Of a DNA stretch of 64,000 nt, positions 53,769 through 61,306 are shown one piece after another. The notes under the pieces were generated by a model. It saw nothing but the letters and a program-made list of their open reading frames with translations, did no database searches and had not been told where the DNA came from. Origin of the DNA: Candidatus Saccharimonadia bacterium (GTDB taxonomy: Bacteria > Patescibacteriota > Saccharimonadia > Saccharimonadales > JALRHH01); NCBI GenBank assembly GCA_023253175.1, contig JALRHH010000002.1:192199-256198 (forward strand), written 5' to 3'. The translations under genes and the position numbers were made by a program. Position 1 is the stretch's first letter; each line of letters starts with the position of its first letter.

Positions 53769-54434
53769 ATGTTAGAGCGCTTTATTTCACTGCTTGCTCC
53801 GCACCAATGTATGGCATGCGGCTGCGAGGGTGGTCTTTTGTGCGAGTGGTGTATATATGATGCGGTCGAGGAGCTGCCGGAGCGCTGTTACCGCTGTCTG
53901 GGCGTCTCGGCGGATTCTAGGGTCTGTAGTAAATGTAGGAAGCATACAGTGCTCGAACACGTTTGGGTGCGGACGCAGTACGCTGATTTTGCACATGATC
54001 TTGTGTATGCACTGAAATTCTCAAGAGCCAAAGCTGCCGCCCGGGTAATTGCAAGCTTGCTTGACGAGTCTCTGCCCTACCTAGAAGAAGGTACGATCAT
54101 TACCTACGTACCAACGGCAACAAGCCGCGTTAGAGTGCGTGGCTATGATCAAACTCGGCTTATTGCCAGGGAGTTGGCAACGATTCGTGGACTCAAGTGC
54201 CAAAGGCTACTCATAAGGACTGGTCAAGCAAGACAGGTTAGATCCAGTAAATCACAGCGGGCCGCACAGGCCGCCGGTAGTTATAGGCCAGTTTCCGGCT
54301 TGTCTGCGGATAGGACGGTTTTGTTAATCGATGACATCGTAACGACTGGTGCTACGCTCGAATCAGCGGCCAAGGTATTAAGGAGTGCTGGCGTAAAGCA
54401 TGTGTATGCTGCGGCATTCGCGCAAAAACAGTGA
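53769..54434 (+). CDS. comFC: ComF-family protein (ComFC-like phosphoribosyltransferase-fold competence protein)
   Basis: I prefer the ATG at 53769. It has the N-terminal Zn-ribbon CMACG...CEWC...CYRC...CSKC, then ALKF, RGYDQ and the PRT motif VLLIDDIVTTGATL. Confidence 0.75.
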   Translation: MLERFISLLAPHQCMACGCEGGLLCEWCIYDAVEELPERCYRCLGVSADSRVCSKCRKHTVLEHVWVRTQYADFAHDLVYALKFSRAKAAARVIASLLDESLPYLEEGTIITYVPTATSRVRVRGYDQTRLIARELATIRGLKCQRLLIRTGQARQVRSSKSQRAAQAAGSYRPVSGLSADRTVLLIDDIVTTGATLESAAKVLRSAGVKHVYAAAFAQKQ

Positions 54435-54454
54435 TCAGAATATCTAAACAAGCT

Positions 54455-54483
54455 TTGATATTCTTCCGTGCCTCTGTTATAAT
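54455..54483 (+). promoter_or_regulatory. Promoter of the tRNA-Ser pair (TTGATA - 17 nt - TGtTATAAT)
   Basis: Read directly upstream of the tRNA at 54510. Confidence 0.55.
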
Positions 54484-54509
54484 CTCCCCTGTTATTGGCG
54501 CATTTCTAT

Positions 54510-54599
54510 GGAAGGGTGTCCGAGTGGTTGAAGGAAACGGTCTTGAAAACCGTCGTGCCGGCAACGGTACCGAGGGTTCGAATCCCTCCCCTTCCGCCA
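54510..54599 (+). tRNA. tRNA-Ser (anticodon TGA), CCA encoded
   Basis: Hand-folded. Acceptor GGAAGGG/CCCTTCC, anticodon arm ACGGT-CTTGAAA-ACCGT, long variable arm, T-arm GAGGG-TTCGAAT-CCCTC, discriminator G, CCA. Confidence 0.9.
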
Positions 54600-54623
54600 G
54601 AATTTGTAGCTTAATAACAATAC

Positions 54624-54716
54624 GGAGAGGTACCCAAGTGGCTGAAGGGGATGGTTTGCTAAATCATTAGGGGGGAGCGATCTCCCGCGAGGGTTCGAAT
54701 CCCTCTCTCTCCGCCA
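54624..54716 (+). tRNA. tRNA-Ser (anticodon GCT), CCA encoded
   Basis: Hand-folded. Acceptor GGAGAGG/TCTCTCC (one G-U), anticodon arm ATGGT-TTGCTAA-ATCAT, long variable arm, T-loop GGTTCGAATCC, CCA. Confidence 0.9.
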
Positions 54717-54756
54717 AAATAAAAGAGCCTACTTTTAAGTAGGCTCTTTTATTTTG
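54717..54756 (+). terminator. Intrinsic terminator after the tRNA-Ser pair
   Basis: AAAAGAGCCTACTtttaAGTAGGCTCTTTT followed by a T-rich tract. Confidence 0.75.
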
Positions 54757-54933
54757 ATTGAAGCATTCGAACCCGTTCCGCTGAAAGCGGAGGGTTCGAT
54801 CTTCGAGGACGCGCACAGGTGCTTGCACCGAGCACGCCGCAAGAAGTAAACATCCCTCTCTCTAAGTTTCCATCCCTAATGCTGAATTCCTCCCCCGACT
54901 TCTATACATAACCACAATAAATACGCTACAATA

Positions 54934-55608
54934 ATGCTTATGCAACCGGGAGATACCATTACGCCAGGTGGTCAGACACCTGAACCTACGCCGCCACAGG
55001 CCGTAGAGCCAATCGCGCCAGCCCAGCAGACTACCCCGGAGCCTGCTGTTACTGCCCAGCCTACGCCTGCGGTATCACCTACCGCACCCATGGATAAGGC
55101 GCCAGTTTCCGCGTTTGAGGCGCCTGTGTATCAGCCTGATACGAGTGACCCGGCTGTGATCAGCTGGACTGCATCAGAGTATATTGATCACTCAAAAGGA
55201 CCTGCATGGTTTGCTGTAGTCGGGATTGGTATATTTGCGCTTTCAGTCGCGGCCTACTTTTTACTTAAGGATATTCTCGCGCCGGTGCTTTTGGCACTTG
55301 CTGGCCTCACTACGGCTGTGTTTGCAGGCAGGCGGCCTCAAGTCATTGAGTACGCTATCGATACAAGCGGTATCCATATTGGACAAAGGGCGTATTCATT
55401 TGGGGATTTTAAATCATTTAGTCTGACTGAATCAGGCCCCTTGCCTGCAATACTACTAACGCCGCTTAAGCGATTTTTGCCGCCTATTACAATCTTCTAT
55501 GATCCAAAAGAAGAAGACAAAATTGTAGATGCACTGGCAGACTATCTGCCACACGAAGACAAGCAGCCAGACATGATTGATAGGATCATGGGACGCATCC
55601 GCTTTTAG
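54934..55608 (+). CDS. Membrane protein: Pro-rich N-terminus, 2 TM, C-terminal PH-like (bPH/YdbT-like) domain (tentative)
   Basis: 224 aa. TM pair WFAVVGIGIFALSVAAYFLL / ILAPVLLALAGLTTAVFAG. The domain call is weak. Confidence 0.45.
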   Translation: MLMQPGDTITPGGQTPEPTPPQAVEPIAPAQQTTPEPAVTAQPTPAVSPTAPMDKAPVSAFEAPVYQPDTSDPAVISWTASEYIDHSKGPAWFAVVGIGIFALSVAAYFLLKDILAPVLLALAGLTTAVFAGRRPQVIEYAIDTSGIHIGQRAYSFGDFKSFSLTESGPLPAILLTPLKRFLPPITIFYDPKEEDKIVDALADYLPHEDKQPDMIDRIMGRIRF

Positions 55609-55817
55609 ACTAGACTTTCTCTGTTAAATGTGGTAAACTTTCATCTGTTTCACGGTTAATTTCGCTGAAATTGCAAGCCTCGGGCTTGCCCGGTAGACCA
55701 AACCAAGCTTTAGCTGTTTGGGATACCGAAGAGGAGATGACTTATTGGGTTATCTAAAGTTGCCGGGCAAACTTGTTTTGCCGGAAGCTGTGATAACACA
55801 ATATTACGCATCGACGA

Positions 55818-55894
<77 letters not shown>

Positions 55895-55932
55895 AAGTAA
55901 AAGCCTCGCCTTTTGGCGGGGCTTTTACTTTG
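55895..55932 (+). terminator. Intrinsic terminator after tRNA-Arg
   Basis: AAAGTAAAAGCCTCGCCttttGGCGGGGCTTTTACTTT, a long near-perfect stem. Confidence 0.7.
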
Positions 55933-56026
55933 TGCGTTCGCTATAAGCGAACTTGAACCTATGACCTTAGGCATGAATAGCCTGTGGTTGTTCATGTTTT
56001 CCTTGCTTGCGTGCTATGATGGATGT

Positions 56027-56182
56027 ATGAACAACTCAAACAAGTATCACATTATCGCCGGTATCGTATTAGCATTAGCTGGTGTTATCGGTTCTATCAC
56101 CCTTGACGAAAGTAAGTACAGCCTTATCTCCCTGGTAGGTGTCATGTTCCTACTGGCTGCGCAGCGCACAGACAAGAAATAG
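56027..56182 (+). CDS. Possible small 2-TM membrane protein (51 aa)
   Basis: I shortened the 89-aa ORF to the ATG at 56027, because the upstream part runs through the terminator and tRNA-derived repeat. It is followed by a terminator at 56199-56234. Confidence 0.3.
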   Translation: MNNSNKYHIIAGIVLALAGVIGSITLDESKYSLISLVGVMFLLAAQRTDKK

Positions 56183-56198
56183 ATACAGGATTCTATAA

Positions 56199-56234
56199 TA
56201 AAAAGCTGGTTTATGTGACCAGCTTTTTCTTTTG
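56199..56234 (+). terminator. Intrinsic terminator
   Basis: aaaAGCTGGTttatgtgACCAGCTttttc. Confidence 0.65.
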
Positions 56235-56254
56235 ACGAAAGAGTATCTTACAAT

Positions 56255-56845
56255 ATGGATATGAATCAGCTTATCGTCGAACAAAGAATTACCCCGCTCG
56301 TTAATAGATACGAGATATATGAAGTTTCAAACGGCACAAAAGGTGCCATGATTAGCTTTGTAGAACAAAAACGCCTAGCCTTTAAAGAAGAAATCCACTT
56401 TTACACCGATAAAACAAAGCAATCGCTTGCCTTCAGGGTTAAGGCCGAAAAGGTCATGGACGTACACGGTAAGTTTCTCGTGACAGATGATAGCGGCAAT
56501 GTGATTGGTTGGACGAGGAAGGCATTTAAGGCTTCATTACTTCGTAGTACCTGGCAGCTTTCTAATAATCAGCAGCAAATGACCGTAACCGAGAAGAGCC
56601 AGGCTTTTGCTATCTTTAGGAGAGTTTGGGGATTCATGCCCTTTATCGGAGACCTCCCTTTTGTGTTCAAGTACCACTTTATTTTCCAGGATGAGACTGG
56701 CGCTACGGCTGCTGAGTACATAAAAACGACGAGACTACGCGATCACTACGAGCTCCATCCTATTAATCACGAGTTACTCGATACTTTTGATTGGCGTATC
56801 CTAGCCGCACAGTGCGTGCTACTAGATGCGCTACAAGACCGCTAA
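56255..56845 (+). CDS. LURP-one-related / DUF567 (tubby-C-like fold) family protein (tentative)
   Basis: 196 aa. It shows a repeating beta-strand pattern and an N-terminus (YEIYEVSNG...AFKEEIHFYTD...FLVTDDSGNVIGW) reminiscent of DUF567. Confidence 0.45.
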   Translation: MDMNQLIVEQRITPLVNRYEIYEVSNGTKGAMISFVEQKRLAFKEEIHFYTDKTKQSLAFRVKAEKVMDVHGKFLVTDDSGNVIGWTRKAFKASLLRSTWQLSNNQQQMTVTEKSQAFAIFRRVWGFMPFIGDLPFVFKYHFIFQDETGATAAEYIKTTRLRDHYELHPINHELLDTFDWRILAAQCVLLDALQDR

Positions 56846-56874
56846 TTGACAAATAAGCATATGCGGTGTATAAT
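56846..56874 (+). promoter_or_regulatory. Consensus sigma-70-type promoter (TTGACA - 17 nt - TATAAT), -10 ends 9 nt before the ATG at 56884
   Basis: Read directly. No SD lies between the -10 and the ATG. Confidence 0.55.
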
Positions 56875-56883
56875 ATAAATAGT

Positions 56884-57192
56884 ATGAACGAAAACAAACA
56901 ACAAGATCAAACCCTGCAAACTATCGTCGAGCCAACTCGGCAGACAGTCCCCCAACAAAAGGTATCGAAGCCACTTATTATTGCGGGTTCGATTGTAGCG
57001 ATGGTTGTTTCGCTTGCTCTTCTCGCCCTTTTGGCCTGGGATAACGAACCTTCCCCCGAATCGGTTACGAGTAATGCTCAGGTTGATCCATTAGCGGTCA
57101 TTATCGCTCTCGCGATTGTATTTGGCATCACGGTATTGCCTGGCATTATTGTTGCACTGATTGTGCTTCCGAAGCTTCGGAAGAAGCGCTAG
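56884..57192 (+). CDS. Hypothetical membrane protein (102 aa, 2 TM)
   Basis: I prefer the ATG at 56884. The GTG at 56866 used by the track lies inside the promoter -10 region. Confidence 0.4.
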   Translation: MNENKQQDQTLQTIVEPTRQTVPQQKVSKPLIIAGSIVAMVVSLALLALLAWDNEPSPESVTSNAQVDPLAVIIALAIVFGITVLPGIIVALIVLPKLRKKR

Positions 57193-57502
57193 CCTTTTGA
57201 CGCTGCCATAGCGTTATGATGTCTTTTATGAGCAGTGGGAACCCCACTGTCATAACAGCATATATTAAGGGGTTTCGTTGCCATGCTGCCTGAAAGTCAA
57301 GGTGCAGCACCAGCCAATATGCCCTGGTTAGGCCAATTGACGGCGCCCAGTCCAGACCCAGTCGCTGCCACAATGACAGGTTTCCGAGCAGTGAATACGG
57401 CACGAGAAAAATAATAAAAGTTGCGGCGCAAAAGAAAACCAGCCTGCCCCGGGCAGACTGGAGTCCAATGGTTTCGATGGCAAGTTTGCCGACTCGCTGC
57501 AT
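57146..57502 (-). CDS. DUF2752-like membrane protein (degenerate, lacks the usual CxxC)
   Basis: I prefer the ATG at 57502, immediately after the TM2 gene stop. LGLDWAPSIGLTRAYW...NPLIY resembles the DUF2752 core, where the usual form is CPxCGxTRA. Confidence 0.4.
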   Translation of the reverse strand: MQRVGKLAIETIGLQSARGRLVFFCAATFIIFLVPYSLLGNLSLWQRLGLDWAPSIGLTRAYWLVLHLDFQAAWQRNPLIYAVMTVGFPLLIKDIITLWQRQKASASSEASEAQSVQQ

Positions 57503-57503
57503 A

Positions 57504-57863
57504 TTAATGCTTGAGTGGTACGCCGCTCTTATCCTTAAGGTTGCCAGTTGCAATCAGGATAAGGTCAACAATTGTCCAGATGCCACAGCCACCAATGGTG
57601 ATGAGCTTCAGGATACCGAGACCGGTGTATCCCAGGTAGAATCGGTCGACACCGAGGCTACCCGCAAAGATTGCGAGTAGTATAGCGACCACAAAGCTTT
57701 TCTGTTCGTCTCCAACTGGAGCGGCACCTGGTTGTGTGTTGCCCTCGAAAATCGGGCCACTTGTTGCAGGCTGCTGGAAACTAGACTGCGGCGTAACTGG
57801 CTCTTGTGGTGTGGGTGATGTTGGCTCAGCGGGCTGCTGGGGTGGTTGTTGATTTGGATCCAT
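57504..57863 (-). CDS. TM2-domain membrane protein with Pro/Gln-rich N-terminus
   Basis: 119 aa. [41 protein letters not shown] is the TM2 domain signature. Confidence 0.7.
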   Translation of the reverse strand: MDPNQQPPQQPAEPTSPTPQEPVTPQSSFQQPATSGPIFEGNTQPGAAPVGDEQKSFVVAILLAIFAGSLGVDRFYLGYTGLGILKLITIGGCGIWTIVDLILIATGNLKDKSGVPLKH

Positions 57864-57924
57864 AGTTTTTCCTTTTTACTTTCTGATTAAGATATTACCA
57901 TAAACGGTATAAAAGCTAAATTAT

Positions 57925-58797
57925 CTAACGTGTATCCTGGCTAATTATGCCGCGCGAGGCCGCCAGAAAGTCAGCCAAGAAGTAAGGCAGTTTGGTGTTT
58001 GGATGTTGAATGAGTGCAACGGGGCGCTGCATATTACTCAGTACTGGCGTAAGCTTACCTGAGGTAATATGTGGTTCACAGAGTTGGCGTGGCAGCACTG
58101 CACAGCCTTTGCCTGCGAGAACCATACCGAGCATGACGCTTGGACTCGTTGAATAAAGCCGTGTTTTTGCTGTAATACCCTGACTACTCAGGAACTGCTT
58201 GATGTGACGATAGGTGGTTGAGGGTCGATCATAGCTGATGAAATCTGTAATAGTGCCGCTATCTGCTTCTTTTTGGACCTTGTCTGCAAGGTCAGACTTA
58301 CAGACAAGCTGAAGCTGTTCATTGCCAAAGCTAGAGCTTTTAATGGTGTCTCTCGCGAGTTCGTCGTCGATAACCAGGGCGGCTGCAATCGTTCGTTTTT
58401 CGACTGCCTCCCGGAGGTAACGAGAGTTATTGATGATAAGTGTAATATCGGCTGCCCTTTCAAGTGCATCAAATGCAGGACTAATACAGAGCTTATCTGC
58501 GAGTGAATCAATGATGCCAAGTGTTACGCTGGGCCGTTTCTGACGAAGACGCTGAAGCGTTTCGTTTAAATGGTGCGCAACTGATTCATGGTCCTGGGCG
58601 GCTTGATATACTATTTTCCCTGCCGGCGTGAGTTCTAGCTGTTTGCCACTTCTATCTAGAAGTGGTGTTTTATACTGCGACTCTAGTTTCTGAATAGCTA
58701 CTGTTAAGGCTGGCTGTGAGATGTGCAGTTCTTCGGCAGCCTTGGTGTACGTCCCTGCTTCGATGAGCTTTATGAATTTATAGAGTCGGTCATCCAT
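57925..58797 (-). CDS. LysR-family transcriptional regulator
   Basis: 290 aa with the N-terminal wHTH YKFIKLIEAGTYTKAAEELHISQPALTVAIQKLE. It is divergent from the inositol-phosphate synthase gene. Confidence 0.85.
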   Translation of the reverse strand: MDDRLYKFIKLIEAGTYTKAAEELHISQPALTVAIQKLESQYKTPLLDRSGKQLELTPAGKIVYQAAQDHESVAHHLNETLQRLRQKRPSVTLGIIDSLADKLCISPAFDALERAADITLIINNSRYLREAVEKRTIAAALVIDDELARDTIKSSSFGNEQLQLVCKSDLADKVQKEADSGTITDFISYDRPSTTYRHIKQFLSSQGITAKTRLYSTSPSVMLGMVLAGKGCAVLPRQLCEPHITSGKLTPVLSNMQRPVALIQHPNTKLPYFLADFLAASRGIISQDTR

Positions 58798-58912
58798 AGC
58801 TCATTACTATAGAAGTAGTTAATCATAAATACAAGTTATGACAGTATCATTATTATATATTGGATTTATCACCTTACATCTCCTAGGATAGTTTAGTAAA
58901 TGGAGGTTTAAT

Positions 58913-60088
58913 ATGGCGCGAAATGCTATTAAGGTAGCAATTGTTGGCGTGGGCAACTGCGCATCAGCTATCTATCAGGGTTTGACATATTATAAGGGCT
59001 TTACTGGCGACAATATCCCTGGTGTTATGTTTGCGGAAATTGGCGGCTATAAGCTCGATGATATCGAGGTCGTGGCAGCATTTGATGTTGACGCACGTAA
59101 GGTTGGATTGCCAATTGGCCAGGCTATTTTCCAGGAGCCAAACTGCGCCCGTGTATTCGCCGAGAACGTTCCGGATGGCCCGGTTGTTCAGATGGGCGAA
59201 GTACTCGACGGGGTTTCTGAATACATGCAGGCAGAACGCGAAGACCGCGGCTTTAGGGTTGCAGATAGTCCATCTGTTGATGTGGTTAAGGTTCTCAAGG
59301 ACAGCGGCGCTCAAATCCTAATTAATTACCTACCTGTTGGTTCACAGAAAGCAACCGAATTCTACATGCAAGCGGCCATCGATGCTGGCGTAGCAGTTGT
59401 GAATTGTATCCCTGTGTTTATTGCGAGCGACCCAAAGTGGGAGCAGAAATTCATTGATGCGAAGCTGCCGATTATCGGCGACGATATGCGTTCACAGGTT
59501 GGCGCGTCAGTTCTATCACAGATGCTGCAGGAACTTGCCTTTGACCGAGGTGCCGAGGTGGACTTCCACCAGCAAATTAACATCGGTGGCAACACTGACT
59601 TTAATAACATGATGGTTCAGAGCCGTCTGGAGAGTAAGAAAAAGTCTAAGGAAAACGTGATTCGGGCTCAGAACGATATTCGTGACATTCCACTGCCAAA
59701 AGACAGCTTGTTTGCTGGTCCAAGTACCTTCATCCCTTACCTAGAAGACAACAAGGTTGCATACCTGAACGTTCGCCTCCGCGGCTTTGGCGATGCGCCA
59801 ATTACAATTGATGCCAAGCTGTCTGTTCAGGACAGTGAGAACTCTGCTGGTGTGGTGGTTGATGCGATTCGTTACCTACAGGTTGCCCGGGAAATGGGCA
59901 TGATCGGTACTATTAACGGCCCGAGCGCATTTACACAGAAGAGTCCGAAGTACCAGATGAAGTTCAAGGACGCGATGGCAGAATGTGAAGCGATTGCCGA
60001 CCGTCAGTTAACGGATGTCACAAAGCGTGAAAATATGTTTCATGGAGATGCAGTAGAGTCTGCCAAAGAAAAGCCGGCGCTCGTTTAG
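58913..60088 (+). CDS. ino1: myo-Inositol-1-phosphate (inositol-3-phosphate) synthase, prokaryotic short type
   Basis: 391 aa. It has IKVAIVGVGNCASAIYQGLTYYK, a central GDDMRSQVGAS, and a C-terminal pattern typical of bacterial/archaeal MIPS. GGAGG SD. Confidence 0.8.
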   Translation: MARNAIKVAIVGVGNCASAIYQGLTYYKGFTGDNIPGVMFAEIGGYKLDDIEVVAAFDVDARKVGLPIGQAIFQEPNCARVFAENVPDGPVVQMGEVLDGVSEYMQAEREDRGFRVADSPSVDVVKVLKDSGAQILINYLPVGSQKATEFYMQAAIDAGVAVVNCIPVFIASDPKWEQKFIDAKLPIIGDDMRSQVGASVLSQMLQELAFDRGAEVDFHQQINIGGNTDFNNMMVQSRLESKKKSKENVIRAQNDIRDIPLPKDSLFAGPSTFIPYLEDNKVAYLNVRLRGFGDAPITIDAKLSVQDSENSAGVVVDAIRYLQVAREMGMIGTINGPSAFTQKSPKYQMKFKDAMAECEAIADRQLTDVTKRENMFHGDAVESAKEKPALV

Positions 60089-60105
60089 GGTAGCCCTAGA
60101 ATATA

Positions 60106-60135
60106 AAAGAAACCCCGGAGTGATCCGGGGTTTTG
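60106..60135 (+). terminator. Intrinsic terminator after ino1
   Basis: aaaCCCCGGAgtgaTCCGGGGtttt. Confidence 0.75.
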
Positions 60136-60154
60136 ATTGTCGTAAATACTTCTT

Positions 60155-60208
60155 GCCCTCGTCCCCTTTTTCTTCACCATCATGGTGAAAATACTTGGGG
60201 ACGAGGGC
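60155..60208. repeat. Nested inverted repeat at the left edge of the GC-rich island
   Basis: Outer arms GCCCTCGTCCCC (60155-60166) and GGGGACGAGGGC (60197-60208), 12 bp and perfect. Inner palindrome TTCACCATcATGGTGAA. Confidence 0.8.
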
Positions 60209-60328
60209 GGAGACTCCCAAGGGCCTGTGCGGCATGACTGGTTGTCACGGCAACTGGCTCCAGGAGACATGGTTGTGTCATTTCGGACACGGGGAGCCGT
60301 CGAGCGAAATCCGGAGGTGGTGTTTGGC

Positions 60329-61039
60329 CTACTGTGCGTGTACGGCAGCACCGATATCGGTAACGGTGGCACCGACAACTGCTGCGATCCCAGGCTGACG
60401 TACTTCCTCTGCTGCCTGCTGGGATCCGAGCGTGTCACCGAGCACCTGGACTGGAACCCGAGCGACGCTCACGAGACCAAGCTTCTTCAGGTTGATCCCG
60501 TAGGTCTTCCGGAGGTACTTGCGGCACGACTTGAGTGCACGCTTCTGGACCTCCTCACGGCTTCGGATTTTCTTCGCGGCCTCTATGGCGACGCCGACGG
60601 CGCACATGACCTCCGTCTCGACGATTTCTGCCAGGTTCTTTGCCCTGAAGATTGCGTTGTGGAGGTCGGTCGGCGTGTCGATGACGCACCAGGTGGGCCG
60701 CACCTCTGCGACGTACTGCTTCTTCGTCTGCTTGTTCTCGGCGAGTACGGAGGCACAGTTAGTGACGTCGTCGAGTAGCGAAATGTCCTCGATGTTGTCG
60801 GTGAACGGGATAACCCAGTGGATTCCGGGCCCCTTGCGTACGTAGTCACCGTTCCGGATGACTGGCCTACACCGCCTGGTGAGAAGGCCGGCACTACCCT
60901 TCGGGATGAACTTGAACATCCTCACGGCGAGCCCACCGAGGACTACGATCATGAGAATGCTTGCGACGACCCAGTACAGGATCATCGCCCACGTGGGCCA
61001 GCTCTGGTCTGGCTTGGGAAAGAGCGATGCCGAAGGCAT
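60329..61039 (-). CDS. SPFH/band-7-like membrane protein encoded in a high-GC island
   Basis: I prefer the ATG at 61039, with GGAGG 8 nt upstream. It has an N-terminal TM (WAMILYWVVASILMIVVLGGLAV), then FKFIPKGSAGLLTRR...GPGIHWVIPF..., which fits the SPFH N-terminal pattern. Codon third positions are overwhelmingly G/C, unlike the neighbours. Confidence 0.55.
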   Translation of the reverse strand: MPSASLFPKPDQSWPTWAMILYWVVASILMIVVLGGLAVRMFKFIPKGSAGLLTRRCRPVIRNGDYVRKGPGIHWVIPFTDNIEDISLLDDVTNCASVLAENKQTKKQYVAEVRPTWCVIDTPTDLHNAIFRAKNLAEIVETEVMCAVGVAIEAAKKIRSREEVQKRALKSCRKYLRKTYGINLKKLGLVSVARVPVQVLGDTLGSQQAAEEVRQPGIAAVVGATVTDIGAAVHAQ

Positions 61040-61306
61040 GATAGCCACCTCCTATGGTCGGTTTGGGTATGACGGCTAACTTAAGCGTATCACCGAACTT
61101 CGATATTGCAAGGATAAATATGAATAGATAATGACCCCTGTTGCTATATCTAAAAATGATCGGTCTATTTGTTGATATTGGGTAAAAATGGTATGGTTAA
61201 GGTACTAGATGTAGCTGCTAAGTGTTCTAGGGTTAATAAATTGTTTCATTGAGGAGCAGCTAGGTCATCCTACCTCAGAGAAAAGATATGAGGAGTATGC
61301 CCAAAA

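Noticed and set aside
54431-54670. 79-aa ORF covering both tRNA-Ser genes; similarly 63410-63664 and 63468-63653 over tRNA-Ser(CGA)
   Set aside because: The sequences fold as canonical tRNAs, so these ORFs are coincidental.
35601-54716. Interpretation of the T4SS-like locus as an integrative conjugative element inserted at the tRNA-Ser genes
   Set aside because: No integrase, relaxase, coupling protein or flanking direct repeats are visible. Composition does not differ consistently from core genes, and the left boundary is recF adjacent to oriC. The 11-nt repeat of the tRNA 3' end (54700/54853) brackets only 142 nt.
60182-60778. 198-aa plus-strand ORF, plus several 67-108-aa ORFs on both strands, inside the GC-rich island
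   Set aside because: They are antisense to or overlapping the SPFH-like gene. High GC suppresses stop codons and produces long spurious frames. There is no start context and the composition is Ala/Arg/Gly-rich nonsense-like.
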